63,659 nucleotides of DNA, from IMG/VR virus record IMGVR_UViG_3300015607_003969, positions 62,001 to 125,659 of that record, one strand, 5' to 3'. Shown here in pieces: positions 10,319 through 21,600 of this stretch. The DNA comes from an uncultured virus (IMG/VR IMGVR_UViG_3300015607_003969). Its lineage: Duplodnaviria; Heunggongvirae; Uroviricota; Caudoviricetes. The notes below the pieces were generated by a model that made no database searches, was not told the DNA's origin, and saw only the letters and a list, made by a program, of their open reading frames with translations. How positions within the stretch are numbered: position 1 is the first letter of the stretch; each line of letters starts with the position of its first letter. The position numbers and the translations under genes are program-made.

Positions 10319-13300
10319 AGGGTCCTCTTCGTCAGGTAGGTGCCGGCAGAGAGCGCAGGGCCGCCAGGACTCCAGCTTACCCCTTCGCCCAGCAGTACGG
10401 TTACACCATGCAGGCCGTAGCGCGCGGGGGAGCTGTCTGCCGGAGCGATCGTAACCACCACATCGTCCATCGTGCCTAGCGCAAAGGGTGTCACGGGGAA
10501 CGGGGAAGGTGCTGGCGACGGGCCTAGCTCGTACCTGTTCTCCCCGGAGTCATGGGCCAAGTCCACGCTGAGGGTCAGCACGCCGTTCACGTACACAGCC
10601 AGCGTATAAGTGAACCCACCCGTGGGCGGAGTACCCAGGAAGTACACCTGTAGGTAGTTAGCCGTGAACGCAGAGCTGGCGCGTTGGGGGTACTGGATCT
10701 GTTGACCTGACCTCACGACCGAAGCCAGCCACTGGGTAGAGAATACCAGGGGGTCCTTGGCCAGGACGGGCTGATCCGTGGCCGCGATATCCTGGAAAAG
10801 GGTCATGGAGGCCACGCCGTCATAATCCAGGCTAAGCGTAGCGATCAGCCCGGTCTCCGGGCGAATGTACTGACGGTCAAAGCCCCAGGCTATCGTGTCG
10901 TCTGGGCCACCTGGGGAAGGTTCAGACGTGTCAGGCGATCCATCCCGGTCGAAGGAGGACACGATGGCCCCGTAACTGGTGCCCCTAGCTACAGGGTTCG
11001 GAGAGGGCTGATCAAACATCGCAGCAGACCCCTCCCGTAGGACCTCGTTGGGTTCCGTCGCAGTCAGGTCCCAGGGCGGGAGGGTGTGCGGCGAAAGGTA
11101 GAGCGCAAGCTTCACAAAGAAGCTGGTGTCGTCCGTCACATCGACGGTGTCGGAGGCCTGCCTTGACCTACGAACCAGGAACAGGGGCTCCGTTCGTGCC
11201 GGTTTTATCCTGTTGACAAAGTCCCGGATGAACTGAAGGGAGGGGAGGTTAAACGCCTCCATGTCGATGCGAATCGCGAAGCGGTGGTAGCGATCCGTCT
11301 CGATCAGCGCCCCCTGAGACAGGAACGGCTTGATCCAGGTGGGGTCCTTGATGTAGTCGACAACGTCCACGCCCTCGACCAGAGGGGCAAACTGCTGGAC
11401 CTTATCGCCCACGCCGTACTCTTTCCCCGTGGCCGGATTCTTCTCCAGGCCTAGGACCCTTGGATACGTGTAGGTCCGCACGATCTTGGCGTTGGTCGTG
11501 TCGCGCAAGACGATCCTGCCGAGGCGGCTTGAGTACTGCGGGTTGATATCGATAACCTCACCAGCCTCTTCAGCGAAGGGCAGGCCTAGGAGCACCTGAG
11601 CGCCCATACGCAAGTTTGCTACGCGCGGGCCCTTCACATACGCAAACCACAGGCCACGCACCGCGGACAGGTAAGGCGTATTGTCCGTGATGGCGGCCAA
11701 GTCCTCGGCCTTGAGGCCAGCCGCCGCCCCGAAGTTAGCCTCGATGACCTTGCTATTGTCCAGATAGCTGTACTCCGCCCAAAGCCGCGGAACGGGAGAC
11801 CCGGTCCAGATGTCCTGGTTGAAGGAGATGCAGCGCTGGCCCCGGAACTCCGAGAGGAAGAAGTCCAGATTGGCCCTGAGGATCTCATCTTCTGTGGAGC
11901 GGATAAGTCGTTGCAGGAAGGGGATTTCTTGTACTACATCGTCAACGGGAAGATGCGCCTTGCGATACACACCCCACAGGGCCAGCGTGAAACGACTGGG
12001 GGCCGCTAGTTGAGCCAAGTACAGGGCGTCCGGGTAGACCGCAACCTTCTGCGGCAGGGAGGGGTGCGTGCCCATGGCCTGCTGGTTGATGTGCACAGTG
12101 TCGTCTTCCGTGTCCGTGAGCTCCAAGACCACGGCATCCCCCTGCACGACCAGACCCTTGTAGAAGTCTAGCTGGGGAGACTCCACGACTCCGGGGAACA
12201 CCCAAGCGCCGTCCAAGGGCACGCCGACAGGGAGCTCGTCCTTGAGCAGTACTCTGGAGAAGCGTACAGGGTCACTCTCGCTGTCGTGCACCACTGCAAG
12301 GCGGAACAGCGAGAGTGACCCGTCGATCAGCTTGAGGCACAGGAGGTCATCGGCCTTCAGGCCCAAGCCCTGGAGGCTGCGGTCCAGACGCACGCTCTTC
12401 GGACCCAGCACGTCCACGGCGCTCCCTTGGAGCAAAGCGTTACTGCCCGCAGAGAAGGGGGCTGTCGTGCCGGCTACGATGGAGAATGGGAAGGGCGCGT
12501 AAATGCGGACCTTGGTGTCCCCGCCATCGAGGACAGCGGCTGCCGTAAACCTCGGGTCAATGTCCTGGAGGAGCGACTGGATGCCGGCTGCCAGCAAGGC
12601 GGGGGTGCTGAGCTTGCTGGGTACGGTGATCTGAAGGAGTGTGCTCCTGTAGGGGAGGGACAGCACCAGCGCCGTACCGTCGTAGCTGAGGCCTGAAGCA
12701 GCCAGGGCCGCAGAGTCGAGGCCGGTCCAGTAGGAGGTGAAGCGGGACAGGTAGGGGAAGGGCTCGCGCAGTAGAGGCTCGTAGTGCAGCCACTTGCGGC
12801 AAACCGTAGAGGGGACGTCCTTCAGGCCTTTGCTGTAGTCCACCTGCCACGCATAGAGGAGCTCCGTGCCGATGACCTGGAGGAGGCCGGTCCATAGCAC
12901 CTCGAAACGGTCTTGGTCCTCCAGAAGGCGCGCCACGTCGCTCATGTAGTCCCAGAACACCGAGCCGTCGGGCACTACCCCCCGTGGAGCATTCGTCTCA
13001 ATGACGTTGACCAAAACGTCCGAAGGGCTGGAGTCGAGAGAGCCGTCGGAGACAACAAGCCTGAAGCGATAGAAGCCCGGTACGTCCGGTAGGAACTGCG
13101 GCTTTACCGCATTCCGCACCAGGAAGCCGTCTTGTCGAACGACTTTGAACCCCTGACCACTGTAGGTTCCCGGAAGGTCCTCCAAGGCCACTTCAATGTA
13201 AGCCCCATCGCCGTCCGTACCGTCGCCTGAGATCACGTGTGGGGACCCCCTGTAAAGCAGCACGTCCTCCGCCTGCTGAACAAAGGGGTCCGCTCCGGCT

Positions 13301-14244
13301 GGTGCGTGTGACGTGTGCAGCTTGTTGCTGAAGGGGGTGGATACCACCGAGCCGTCCTGCCCTAGATCAGCGTACTTACTCCCCAGGGGGGCATCCGTTA
13401 GATACCACTTGTAAGTGATCGTGGCCCCCTCCACGTCCGCGCTCTTGCTGCCGTCCAGCTGAATAACAGAGCACGTGGCTACCACCTGATCCTTGCCGGC
13501 ATCGGCAACGGGAGGATAGTTGTCGATAAGGGCCGCGTTGGCCATGCAGAACGTGAGTAGGTTGATCTGCGCAGGGCTCGGGCCGCTACCTGCCAGGTAG
13601 ACATAAGCCCCTTCCTGATGAAGGGGGAGGGCTAGGGGGCGCACGAGGGGGAGCACGTACCTCAAGAGGGGGCCACCAGAGGCCTCCGATGCGGACAGCG
13701 TGCTCAAGTAGACGTAGACCGTCTCAGCAGGCCCATCGACCACGAGCTTGAAGACGTACGTTTCACCATTCACGATCAGCCCCGCGCTGTCGGGCAACAC
13801 GTAGGCCGAATCGTCGTAGGTGGATCCGAAGGCCAGGCCCACTTGACTGAAAAAGATGCCCGCCGGGGCTAGCGTGTCGTCGTAACCCCCAAAGAACAAG
13901 GCGTGGCCTGCGCTGAAATCGGGGGGAGCGCTCTCCACCTCAAACGTGACCTGGAGCGTCCAGGCGCTGCCTAGCGCACGATCTACGAACACCTCCGACG
14001 CCGTGCCATCCGCAGAGGTGAGCAAGTAGCCTAGGGGCGACGGCTCCCCGTGAGACACGTCGCCGGGCGTAAGGTCTACACCCTCGAAGGTGGCCAGATC
14101 CTTGATCGCATCGCCGCAAAAGCAGAACAGATCGAAGGGGCCGTACGTAGGCGCAACTCCGCCCGGGGTGTACGCAGGGTAACCGCCCCATCCTGAACCC
14201 CAGAGGGACCCCCAGACCGCTGTACCCGAGCAGTTCAGTGCCAC
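10315..14244 (-). CDS. Large baseplate wedge-like protein with PKD/Ig-like domains
   Basis: PPVADAGKDQ...IQLDGSKSAD...TYKW; PDVPGFYRFRLVVSDG; RDFVNRIKPART. Confidence 0.72.
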   Translation of the reverse strand: MALNCSGTAVWGSLWGSGWGGYPAYTPGGVAPTYGPFDLFCFCGDAIKDLATFEGVDLTPGDVSHGEPSPLGYLLTSADGTASEVFVDRALGSAWTLQVTFEVESAPPDFSAGHALFFGGYDDTLAPAGIFFSQVGLAFGSTYDDSAYVLPDSAGLIVNGETYVFKLVVDGPAETVYVYLSTLSASEASGGPLLRYVLPLVRPLALPLHQEGAYVYLAGSGPSPAQINLLTFCMANAALIDNYPPVADAGKDQVVATCSVIQLDGSKSADVEGATITYKWYLTDAPLGSKYADLGQDGSVVSTPFSNKLHTSHAPAGADPFVQQAEDVLLYRGSPHVISGDGTDGDGAYIEVALEDLPGTYSGQGFKVVRQDGFLVRNAVKPQFLPDVPGFYRFRLVVSDGSLDSSPSDVLVNVIETNAPRGVVPDGSVFWDYMSDVARLLEDQDRFEVLWTGLLQVIGTELLYAWQVDYSKGLKDVPSTVCRKWLHYEPLLREPFPYLSRFTSYWTGLDSAALAASGLSYDGTALVLSLPYRSTLLQITVPSKLSTPALLAAGIQSLLQDIDPRFTAAAVLDGGDTKVRIYAPFPFSIVAGTTAPFSAGSNALLQGSAVDVLGPKSVRLDRSLQGLGLKADDLLCLKLIDGSLSLFRLAVVHDSESDPVRFSRVLLKDELPVGVPLDGAWVFPGVVESPQLDFYKGLVVQGDAVVLELTDTEDDTVHINQQAMGTHPSLPQKVAVYPDALYLAQLAAPSRFTLALWGVYRKAHLPVDDVVQEIPFLQRLIRSTEDEILRANLDFFLSEFRGQRCISFNQDIWTGSPVPRLWAEYSYLDNSKVIEANFGAAAGLKAEDLAAITDNTPYLSAVRGLWFAYVKGPRVANLRMGAQVLLGLPFAEEAGEVIDINPQYSSRLGRIVLRDTTNAKIVRTYTYPRVLGLEKNPATGKEYGVGDKVQQFAPLVEGVDVVDYIKDPTWIKPFLSQGALIETDRYHRFAIRIDMEAFNLPSLQFIRDFVNRIKPARTEPLFLVRRSRQASDTVDVTDDTSFFVKLALYLSPHTLPPWDLTATEPNEVLREGSAAMFDQPSPNPVARGTSYGAIVSSFDRDGSPDTSEPSPGGPDDTIAWGFDRQYIRPETGLIATLSLDYDGVASMTLFQDIAATDQPVLAKDPLVFSTQWLASVVRSGQQIQYPQRASSAFTANYLQVYFLGTPPTGGFTYTLAVYVNGVLTLSVDLAHDSGENRYELGPSPAPSPFPVTPFALGTMDDVVVTIAPADSSPARYGLHGVTVLLGEGVSWSPGGPALSAGTYLTKRTL

Positions 14245-14256
14245 GGGGAGAGCCTA

Positions 14257-15567
14257 TCACGCTGTCAGAACGTTCTCCAGCACCGTGCGGATGTAGCCAG
14301 AGACCAGGGACTCGCCCGTGGCGCTCAAGTGCACAAAGTCGTCCAGGTAGTTGGTCGCGTTCAACGCAGCCCCCACATCGTTGAGAGCACTCTCCACCGT
14401 TAGATCGACCACCGCATCCGCATAAGACGAGGTGTCGTTGATGATGAAGTCGTTCAGGTCGTCCCTGTCTGCATCAAATGCAGCTTGCCCTCCGCCGAGG
14501 TCCTGACGATCGATGATGGTGACAAGCACCACCTTCCAGCCCTCTGCTTTGCGTGCGGTGCAGTAGGTAGCGATATCAGCCTTGAGCTGCGCGGCCGTGC
14601 GCCCAAGTGCCAGGTCGTTCGTTCCAGCAAAGACAACGAGAACTTTCCTGCGCCTGTTGCGCACATTGAACACCGGGATGGCGAGCTTCGCAGGATCACC
14701 ATCCAGCATAGAAGACGTGGCCGTGGGTCCAGCGAAGGTGCCGATACCTTGGCCCGAGAGGGCGATGTTGGCGAAATCGACGGTATTGCCCCAGGCCTCG
14801 CGCACGAGGGTGGACCATCGCAAGTTGGGCGTTACCGACCTCACACCCTGGGTGATGGAGTCCCCCGTGGCCACAACAAGAGACCCGCACAGGTAGCTTT
14901 GCAGGTAAGCACGCACGGAAGTCACATCCGAGGGCGACGGGTTGTAAAGCCCAATGGTCGCGAGGATAGCTCCCGGCCAGTACCTATCGGTCGTCTGGCG
15001 GTCCATCAGCGCGACGACAGCGCCCCCGCTGATGCCGGCGTCTTTGACGACCTCGTAGAGATGGGCGACGCCCTCTTGCCCAGGGACGGCTGCCGCGGGG
15101 GATATCGACACTCCATCCAGGTAGTACGCATCGTTGCCCAGGTAGTTAGAGAAGAATCCGGTGGGCTCCCCGCTCAGGATGATGCCGGTCCCGTTGTTGT
15201 TCAGCGTCACAAGGCCGTTGTTCGAGGGGAATGCGACAGGGCTGCCCCCATAGTAGTAGGAGCCCACTGCGAAAATGTGGGTAGCCGCCTTGGTGACGGT
15301 GCCACGCAGGTACCCTACCCCTTTGGAGAGGAGTCGAGCCCTGCCCCCGAACTGCGCAGCTTGGTACGTCGGTGAGGTCCCCACCCCGCCCACGAGGTGA
15401 TCCACATCCGATCGCACCTCAGCCCAGTCATTCATGACTGAGCCGCTGGCAGGGGTAACGGTGTTTGGCTTGAGTTCGTAAGCCCAGGCGAGGACCGCGG
15501 GATCCATGCCCTTCAGGCTCCAACCCTTCTCTCCATCATCGGACACCAGACTTAGACCTAGATGCAT
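14257..15567 (-). CDS. Tail-associated LamG-like plus SGNH/GDSL hydrolase protein
   Basis: GDSITQG, AGTNDL, DFVHLS; ATG 15567 preferred because the upstream GTG 15579 is followed by a TTA. Confidence 0.8.
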   Translation of the reverse strand: MHLGLSLVSDDGEKGWSLKGMDPAVLAWAYELKPNTVTPASGSVMNDWAEVRSDVDHLVGGVGTSPTYQAAQFGGRARLLSKGVGYLRGTVTKAATHIFAVGSYYYGGSPVAFPSNNGLVTLNNNGTGIILSGEPTGFFSNYLGNDAYYLDGVSISPAAAVPGQEGVAHLYEVVKDAGISGGAVVALMDRQTTDRYWPGAILATIGLYNPSPSDVTSVRAYLQSYLCGSLVVATGDSITQGVRSVTPNLRWSTLVREAWGNTVDFANIALSGQGIGTFAGPTATSSMLDGDPAKLAIPVFNVRNRRRKVLVVFAGTNDLALGRTAAQLKADIATYCTARKAEGWKVVLVTIIDRQDLGGGQAAFDADRDDLNDFIINDTSSYADAVVDLTVESALNDVGAALNATNYLDDFVHLSATGESLVSGYIRTVLENVLTA

Positions 15568-15575
15568 GTGTAACC

Positions 15576-16421
15576 TCACGGGGTGCCGTAAGTAGCTGTG
15601 CCATAAGCGCGTACGCGATTTCGCAAGGAGAAGCTGTGCGCGGTGTCGTAGAGGATCACCTCCAACACGGAAATCGTGCCCCCGTAGGCGGTGGCGTTCA
15701 TGTAGTAGGCGTTAAGCATAAGGTAGTTGTCCAAGGACATATCCAACCCGTTCGTAGCGCTCTTCGTAGGGGTGCTCATGTCATCGAGGTAGGTGTGCCG
15801 TTCGTTGTGATCGATGGTCAAGCACACAAGACCGTACGCGGCCGTGGGATACTGGCCAACGACACCCGCGCTCGAGAATCCGCCGCGGGTAACGAGCGCA
15901 TCCCCCGCAGGGGGGCTCGCGTAGTACATGTACTCGCGAGCGGATCCGCTGGTGGAGTCTGCGCGCGCCAGGAACGTGGCATCGTCGCCGGCCAAGATCT
16001 TCAACCAGATGTAGTAGGTGGTCTGGTTGGAGGAGTTGATCAGAGATGCGGTGTACAACCTCTGGTCGAGGCTTGCGTCCAGGTAGCAGCCGCCCAAGGT
16101 CCCACTATCGCCCAGGGTGTTCTTGTACGTAGCCCCGATTCCACCTGGGGCACCCGAGCCGTAGAGGTGGAAGCCGTTACCGCTGACATCCTCCACCTTG
16201 TTCACAGGATCGTTGTTCGAGGCGACAGGCGTCGTCCCCGCGTTATCTTGCCAGATCTTGGATAGATCCCCGAGGACCCACCTGGCCTGGTATCCGGGCG
16301 GCAGGCCACCGAGCACATTTCGGTGGGCGCCACCTACGATTGATGTCACAGCTCCTGCCGCGAACATGGGGGGTGGGAGCCAAAGCTTGCGCCTGGGGTC
16401 GGGGTACTGTTGGGGGGTCAC
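15576..16421 (-). CDS. LamG/ConA-like putative receptor-binding protein
   Basis: WQDNAGTTPV...DPV.KVEDVSGNGFHL; EVILYD...VRAY. Confidence 0.68.
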   Translation of the reverse strand: MTPQQYPDPRRKLWLPPPMFAAGAVTSIVGGAHRNVLGGLPPGYQARWVLGDLSKIWQDNAGTTPVASNNDPVNKVEDVSGNGFHLYGSGAPGGIGATYKNTLGDSGTLGGCYLDASLDQRLYTASLINSSNQTTYYIWLKILAGDDATFLARADSTSGSAREYMYYASPPAGDALVTRGGFSSAGVVGQYPTAAYGLVCLTIDHNERHTYLDDMSTPTKSATNGLDMSLDNYLMLNAYYMNATAYGGTISVLEVILYDTAHSFSLRNRVRAYGTATYGTP

Positions 16422-18295
16422 AGGAGCACCACCGCTTCGACCGTCACCACGACCGCACCGTCAGACAGCGCTGCACTGCTGGTGCTTCGGAAGTACAGCG
16501 TCGTGGCGGAGGCGTAGGTGTGCCGCCCCGTTGCAGACATGTCCGTACCCCAATCTGTGCCGGAGTCGTCTCCGATGGAGCTGCCAGCAGCCCCCAGCAC
16601 AACCGCCTGTTGCACCTCAACCCCTGCAAGGGCGGTCCCGATGGAGGCTGTGGATGTGCCGCCAACCGCCGCGACACTCACGGCAACCGTGGTGCCGCGA
16701 AGACTCACCCCCGCAGGCAGCTTGCAAAGTATCGTGTCCGTGGGTCCAGCACCGACCGTGATCAGGGAGATCGGAACCTTGATGAGGATGGCCACACCGC
16801 CTGCGTCGTCGTCCAGCTCCCCGTTGCGCACAGTCACACGTCGCGAACAGCCGGGGCCCAGGTAGATCGTCTTGGACCCGCCGCTGGCCTTGAGCACGAC
16901 CATGCGGCTGTTGTCCGTACTTTCGTTACAGACGAACCACTCCCGGCCTGCCGTGGCTGGGAACACGACAGTGGTATCCGATGCCGCAGCGCCCGTGAGA
17001 CGCAGGACATGGGCCTCGTGCTCCCCCGCACCCAGAGTGATGGTGCCTCCTGCGGCTATGCTCTTCGAGAGTGAGCCGTTCGGGTACTGCGTCTTGACGA
17101 ACCCCCTGGTAGCTACCGAGGAGTCTGCGGTAGGCGTCGCAGCATTCAGGATCTCCTTCCCGTTAACGCTGAAGTCTCGGGTAGCGGCACCGAGCTGATC
17201 GAGCACCTGGTCGGCTCGATGCGACGTTCCGGAGAACCCTGACTGGTCCTGGCAATCGCTGCCAGCGTCCTGCGTGAGCCACAGGTCGCCCGCGCTGCCC
17301 GCCACAAGACCATCCACGACAGTGGACTGCTCCGCCACGATATAAAGGGTCTTGTCCGTGGACACCGTGGCCAGCTCTCGCGTGTTGGCGGACAGCGTGG
17401 AGTTGATCAGGTGGATGTGATGCGTGGACCCGGTTGCGAGGCTAAAAAAGTCTGACGAGTTGCCGTCCTCGCCGTAGATGCAGTCCTTGAAGACAAGGTC
17501 CAAGCCTCCGCCCGAGGAGGTGAAGACCGCAGAGGAGACCGTGGCAACGAGGGTGCAGTTCTCCACCAAGCATGCGTTGACGAAGTGGCACCCGTCCGCC
17601 AGGGTGACCACTGAAGGGCCGGTGGAGGTCCTCAGGCCCACCAAGCGGATCCTTCGCTGGAGGTTGTACGTGCCAGCGGGGATGCTGGCTGGGCTGGCGT
17701 CCGAGGTGTCGATGTAGAGGTTCACTTCACCTGGCACTGCCTGAGCGGCAGCGAGCGCGTCGGCGAAGGTCAGGTACTCGCCTGTAGCAGGAGAGCCTGC
17801 TTCAGGCCTGTAGACGATAGCCCCCGGCCCGCCGCTACCCCCGCCCAGCACAGACAGGACATCGTCCAGGATGTTTTCCATGCGGGGGGCGTAGCCCCTG
17901 TTGTCGCTGCCTCCAGGAGAGCTGGAGTTGTCCTCCCCAAACGCCTCCCTGGCCGCAGGATAGGACCACCCCCGGTTAACATCCACACCGGAGTTATCTT
18001 TGGTGGCACAGACGACAAGGATCTTTTCGCTAGCGGCAGATCCGGTCCCCGTGACGAGACGGACCCTGTAGGGGTACGTCGCCACGTCCGGCGTGAACGA
18101 GGCGGTAGAAGACGTGCTTCCCGTAAGGGTTGCGGAAGATCCGGGAGGTGCGCTCACCAAGGACCAGATGTAGGGGCCTGCACCCGCTGCGACCAGCTGC
18201 ACGGCTACGTCACGCCAGATGCCACTCGGCCTAGCGGTGCCGAGTGTGCCGGCACCGGCGCCACCTGCCTGATTGATCGTGAAGTTAGCCGCCAT
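16418..18295 (-). CDS. Putative tail fibre/spike protein
   Basis: N-terminal PKD-like WSLVSAPPGS, YLTFADALAA, beta-helix-like middle, NAATPTADSSVATRGFV fibre motif. Confidence 0.68.
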   Translation of the reverse strand: MAANFTINQAGGAGAGTLGTARPSGIWRDVAVQLVAAGAGPYIWSLVSAPPGSSATLTGSTSSTASFTPDVATYPYRVRLVTGTGSAASEKILVVCATKDNSGVDVNRGWSYPAAREAFGEDNSSSPGGSDNRGYAPRMENILDDVLSVLGGGSGGPGAIVYRPEAGSPATGEYLTFADALAAAQAVPGEVNLYIDTSDASPASIPAGTYNLQRRIRLVGLRTSTGPSVVTLADGCHFVNACLVENCTLVATVSSAVFTSSGGGLDLVFKDCIYGEDGNSSDFFSLATGSTHHIHLINSTLSANTRELATVSTDKTLYIVAEQSTVVDGLVAGSAGDLWLTQDAGSDCQDQSGFSGTSHRADQVLDQLGAATRDFSVNGKEILNAATPTADSSVATRGFVKTQYPNGSLSKSIAAGGTITLGAGEHEAHVLRLTGAAASDTTVVFPATAGREWFVCNESTDNSRMVVLKASGGSKTIYLGPGCSRRVTVRNGELDDDAGGVAILIKVPISLITVGAGPTDTILCKLPAGVSLRGTTVAVSVAAVGGTSTASIGTALAGVEVQQAVVLGAAGSSIGDDSGTDWGTDMSATGRHTYASATTLYFRSTSSAALSDGAVVVTVEAVVLL

Positions 18296-18309
18296 ATAAT
18301 GACTCCTGC

Positions 18310-18648
18310 ATGCCAGTATACATCGAGATGGATCCTGCCCTTATTGAAGAAGCAGTTCAACCCTTCCGAGACGCCAAGGAAGACGACCTGCTTCAGCGCG
18401 AGAGCAAGAAGGACCAGGCCTTCTTGCGGCAGTTTTCCTGTTTGACCTGCAAGAACCCCGAGCTAGAGCCGATGTTCGTTAACCCGGGGCACGCCTACGG
18501 GGGACATGGCCTGCTGCCTAGGCACGCCCTGAGGTGCACCAGGTGCGGTTGGGAGTTCGACCCCCACACAAATCTGGTCCTCAAGACGGGCAACATCTAC
18601 AAAGCCCGGGACGCCATGCGCCCCCCCATCACTGAGCAAGACGAGTGA
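18310..18648 (+). CDS. Zinc-finger protein
   Basis: CLTC...CTRC; lone + strand gene between minus-strand genes; TATAAT upstream. Confidence 0.65.
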   Translation: MPVYIEMDPALIEEAVQPFRDAKEDDLLQRESKKDQAFLRQFSCLTCKNPELEPMFVNPGHAYGGHGLLPRHALRCTRCGWEFDPHTNLVLKTGNIYKARDAMRPPITEQDE

Positions 18649-21600
18649 CTTGCAGCAGGTCCGGGTAGAAAGCTGCAAGCCCATCCACGTTCAAGGCGTT
18701 CTGGCTCCGCTCCAGCCAGACCGACCTATCTTGCCCGTAGATCACGCCGTAGATGGTGATCGGGTTCGAGATCGCCCGGGCACCCTGCTGAGAGAGCTTC
18801 GCGTTGATCTGAGCGGTCTCCAGCTGGTCGCTCGGCATGAGGCTCTGGATCAGGGTGCCCAGGGAGGCCTGCGCGTCGGAATCCTTGGGACCCTCCGAGT
18901 AGGTCAGGCTCAGCCTCACGAAGTGAGGGGTAAGGTGGCGAGCCAGGGGGCTGGCACAGATGTCTCGCTGCGTGTCCGCGCGGAGATAGGTGTGGAGGCT
19001 TGAGATCAGATCGCTACCGTCCCCCGTAAGGGACAGCGTCCTGCCGCTCAGGGCCACGGACTCCGCCGGGTCATCGTTCGACCCGAGGCCGTTGATCGTC
19101 CGGCTAAGAACGATCTCGACCTGCTCCTCCGTCGAGAAGGTGAGGTTAGAGTCCTGCGTGCGTAGGATGAACCCGTCGGAGCGATCCCCCGAGACGTCGA
19201 GGTACTCCCCCGCGCTCAGGTTGAAGCGATCCCCAACGCCGTCGCTGACGACCTCCACATCGAAGTAATAAAACCCGGGCGCCTCCTTCTGTAGCGACAT
19301 CTGCGTGGCCCCGATCCGCTGGAACCCGGGGCGCAGCACCTTGAACTGGAAGTTCGACTCCGTGACAGGGAGTGCCCGCGTAAGCGTGGCCCCCGTCGTG
19401 GAAGGGGTGAGCACCTCATACCTGCCCGCGTTCCCGCTCTTGTTGTCCTGCTCCAGGAACGTGTCGAATCCCAGCAGGCCGTTGGAAGTACCGGAAGGCC
19501 GGATCACCAACAAGAACTCCGGGTTCAGCTCAAGGTGTCCCGCGCCGTTGATCGTCGCCGCAACGACACCCAGGGCATTGTTGATCTGGTCCGCCACGCC
19601 CTGTCGGGTGACGTCGGTTCCAGGGATGGAGTCGGAGTCGTTGACGAACGTGATCCTGCGCTCAGCCTCCTGGCCAAAGGACACCACCAGGGTGGTGAAG
19701 GCCAGGTTAACGACAGGGTCCGCCAGGACCGCTGTGCCTGTGATAGGCAGGTAGTCAATCTCCACGACGTCGCCAGCGCGGATCCTCTTACGGATGAAGT
19801 CCATGCCGCTCGTGAGCACCGCGTTCCCCGCCGTCGCAGACCCGTCCTTCGGCTTGGCTCCAGCAGGAGCGGCAGGGAAGAGGGTGGCGTCGAACGAGGG
19901 GTCCGGCAGGAAGGAGAAGGACACCCCTCCGTTTGTGTACGTGAAACGGGTATCGGGGCCAACCTCCACCGTGGTCGGGTCCAGGAAGTATGCACGGAGC
20001 ACCCCGAGGCTTCGGGCCCCAAGCACAAGGCGTACATCCTGTTCTGGGTAGAAGGAGGCGCCTTGCACCTCGATGCACGTAGGCACCACCAGGCCTACGG
20101 AAGGGGAGCTGATCGTCTCCGACAGCGGGAAGGGGTTCACCCGAGCTAGACCTCGGCACCCGATCTGGCCGCCGCTCAACACGACCACGGCGTCATAGTC
20201 CATGGAAAGCGAGGGAGAGAGGTTGGTGAAGGTGGTCGAGGAGAAGTCTGCGCTACGGATCATCCGGCTGTTCAGGTAGTACCTGCCGCCGAACAAAGCC
20301 GTGAGCGCAGAGGCCGGGTCCGTGCTGCCGACGATCTCGGTGTACCCGTTGATGGGGTAGATGATGAGCCTATCTCCTAGCTTGCCGGCCAGGACGTAAC
20401 CCGCGGCAGCGTTGATCTGGCTAACCATCGCCGCCACAGAGATGGGGTTTACGCCGGAGAAGGTGACGGACACGATTCCGGCCTCGGCCACGGACACCTC
20501 TAGCGTGAGACCGTTGACGTTGGCGCCCGTGGGGAGCTTGTTGCTAAGGATCCCAAGCAGGGCACTGGGCACTTCGAGCTTGGTGCCGTGTGCGGGGTTC
20601 GTAAGCCCGAGGGAGTAGGCCCCGAGCGGAGCCCCGTAGGGCACCTTGGTGCCCGTAGGCTGCCCAGAGCTGTCGAGCAGCTCGACGGACGTAAGCCGGA
20701 TGAGGGGGGTAGCTATCGCACCTGCCGCATTCCTCCGGTACACCTCATAGGCTTGATTCGATGCGCTTGCGGGGAGCGGGTGGTCCAAGCGAAGCCTGCT
20801 GTAAGCAGGGGCAGTCATCACCTCCAGCACGAGGTAGTCCCCCTCGTTGGGCCCAGAGATCACGCGGAGCAGGTGCCCCGCGGCTACGCCGTACTCGTTA
20901 AAGTTGGACAGAGCCGTCGTGGTGATCTCCGCTGAGCCTTGCGCCGTCTCCAGGTCTGCCCCGCGGATGAGCGTCTCTCGTGGGTCCGTGAGTTCGATGT
21001 TCAGCCTGTCGAGCAGCTTCCACCGACTCCCCGTGAACGACGCCAGAACCGTACCGTACAGCGTGAACACCGGCGAGCTCCCAGGGGTCTGAACACAGCG
21101 GAGAAGCTCGTAGGTCCCCGCGCCAGGCCCATCTACGATCTGGATGGCGTAGCGAAGCTGGACTGCGGTATCCAGTGCTAGCCAGGTCTCGTCATGGATC
21201 TCGTACCCGAAGCTGAGACGAAGGTCCGTAAGCGTGATCGTGCTGCCCACTCCGTCGGCACCCACCCCGGACAGGACGGGCTTGTTATCCGCGATGTGAT
21301 CCAGTACGAGAGACGTTGTGTCGAGGCCGATACCGCGGGCGTAGGCGTCAAACATGCCCCCCACGTGGACGGTGTCGGGGGGCAGAACAGCCTGACCCCC
21401 CGCATCCGGGAGCAGCGGACCTCCCGGCAAGGAGGAGAGTCGGATTTCCCGCCTACGCAAGCACCAGACAAGGTCCGCCGCTGCAAGCGGTAGGATGCTG
21501 TCTTCCAGCTCAAGCGTGTCTTCGCTAACCACGCTGCGCACCTCCACGTCACGCACAGGGAGTCCCGTAAAGACGGGCCCCTGGATCGTGAGTACCAGGG

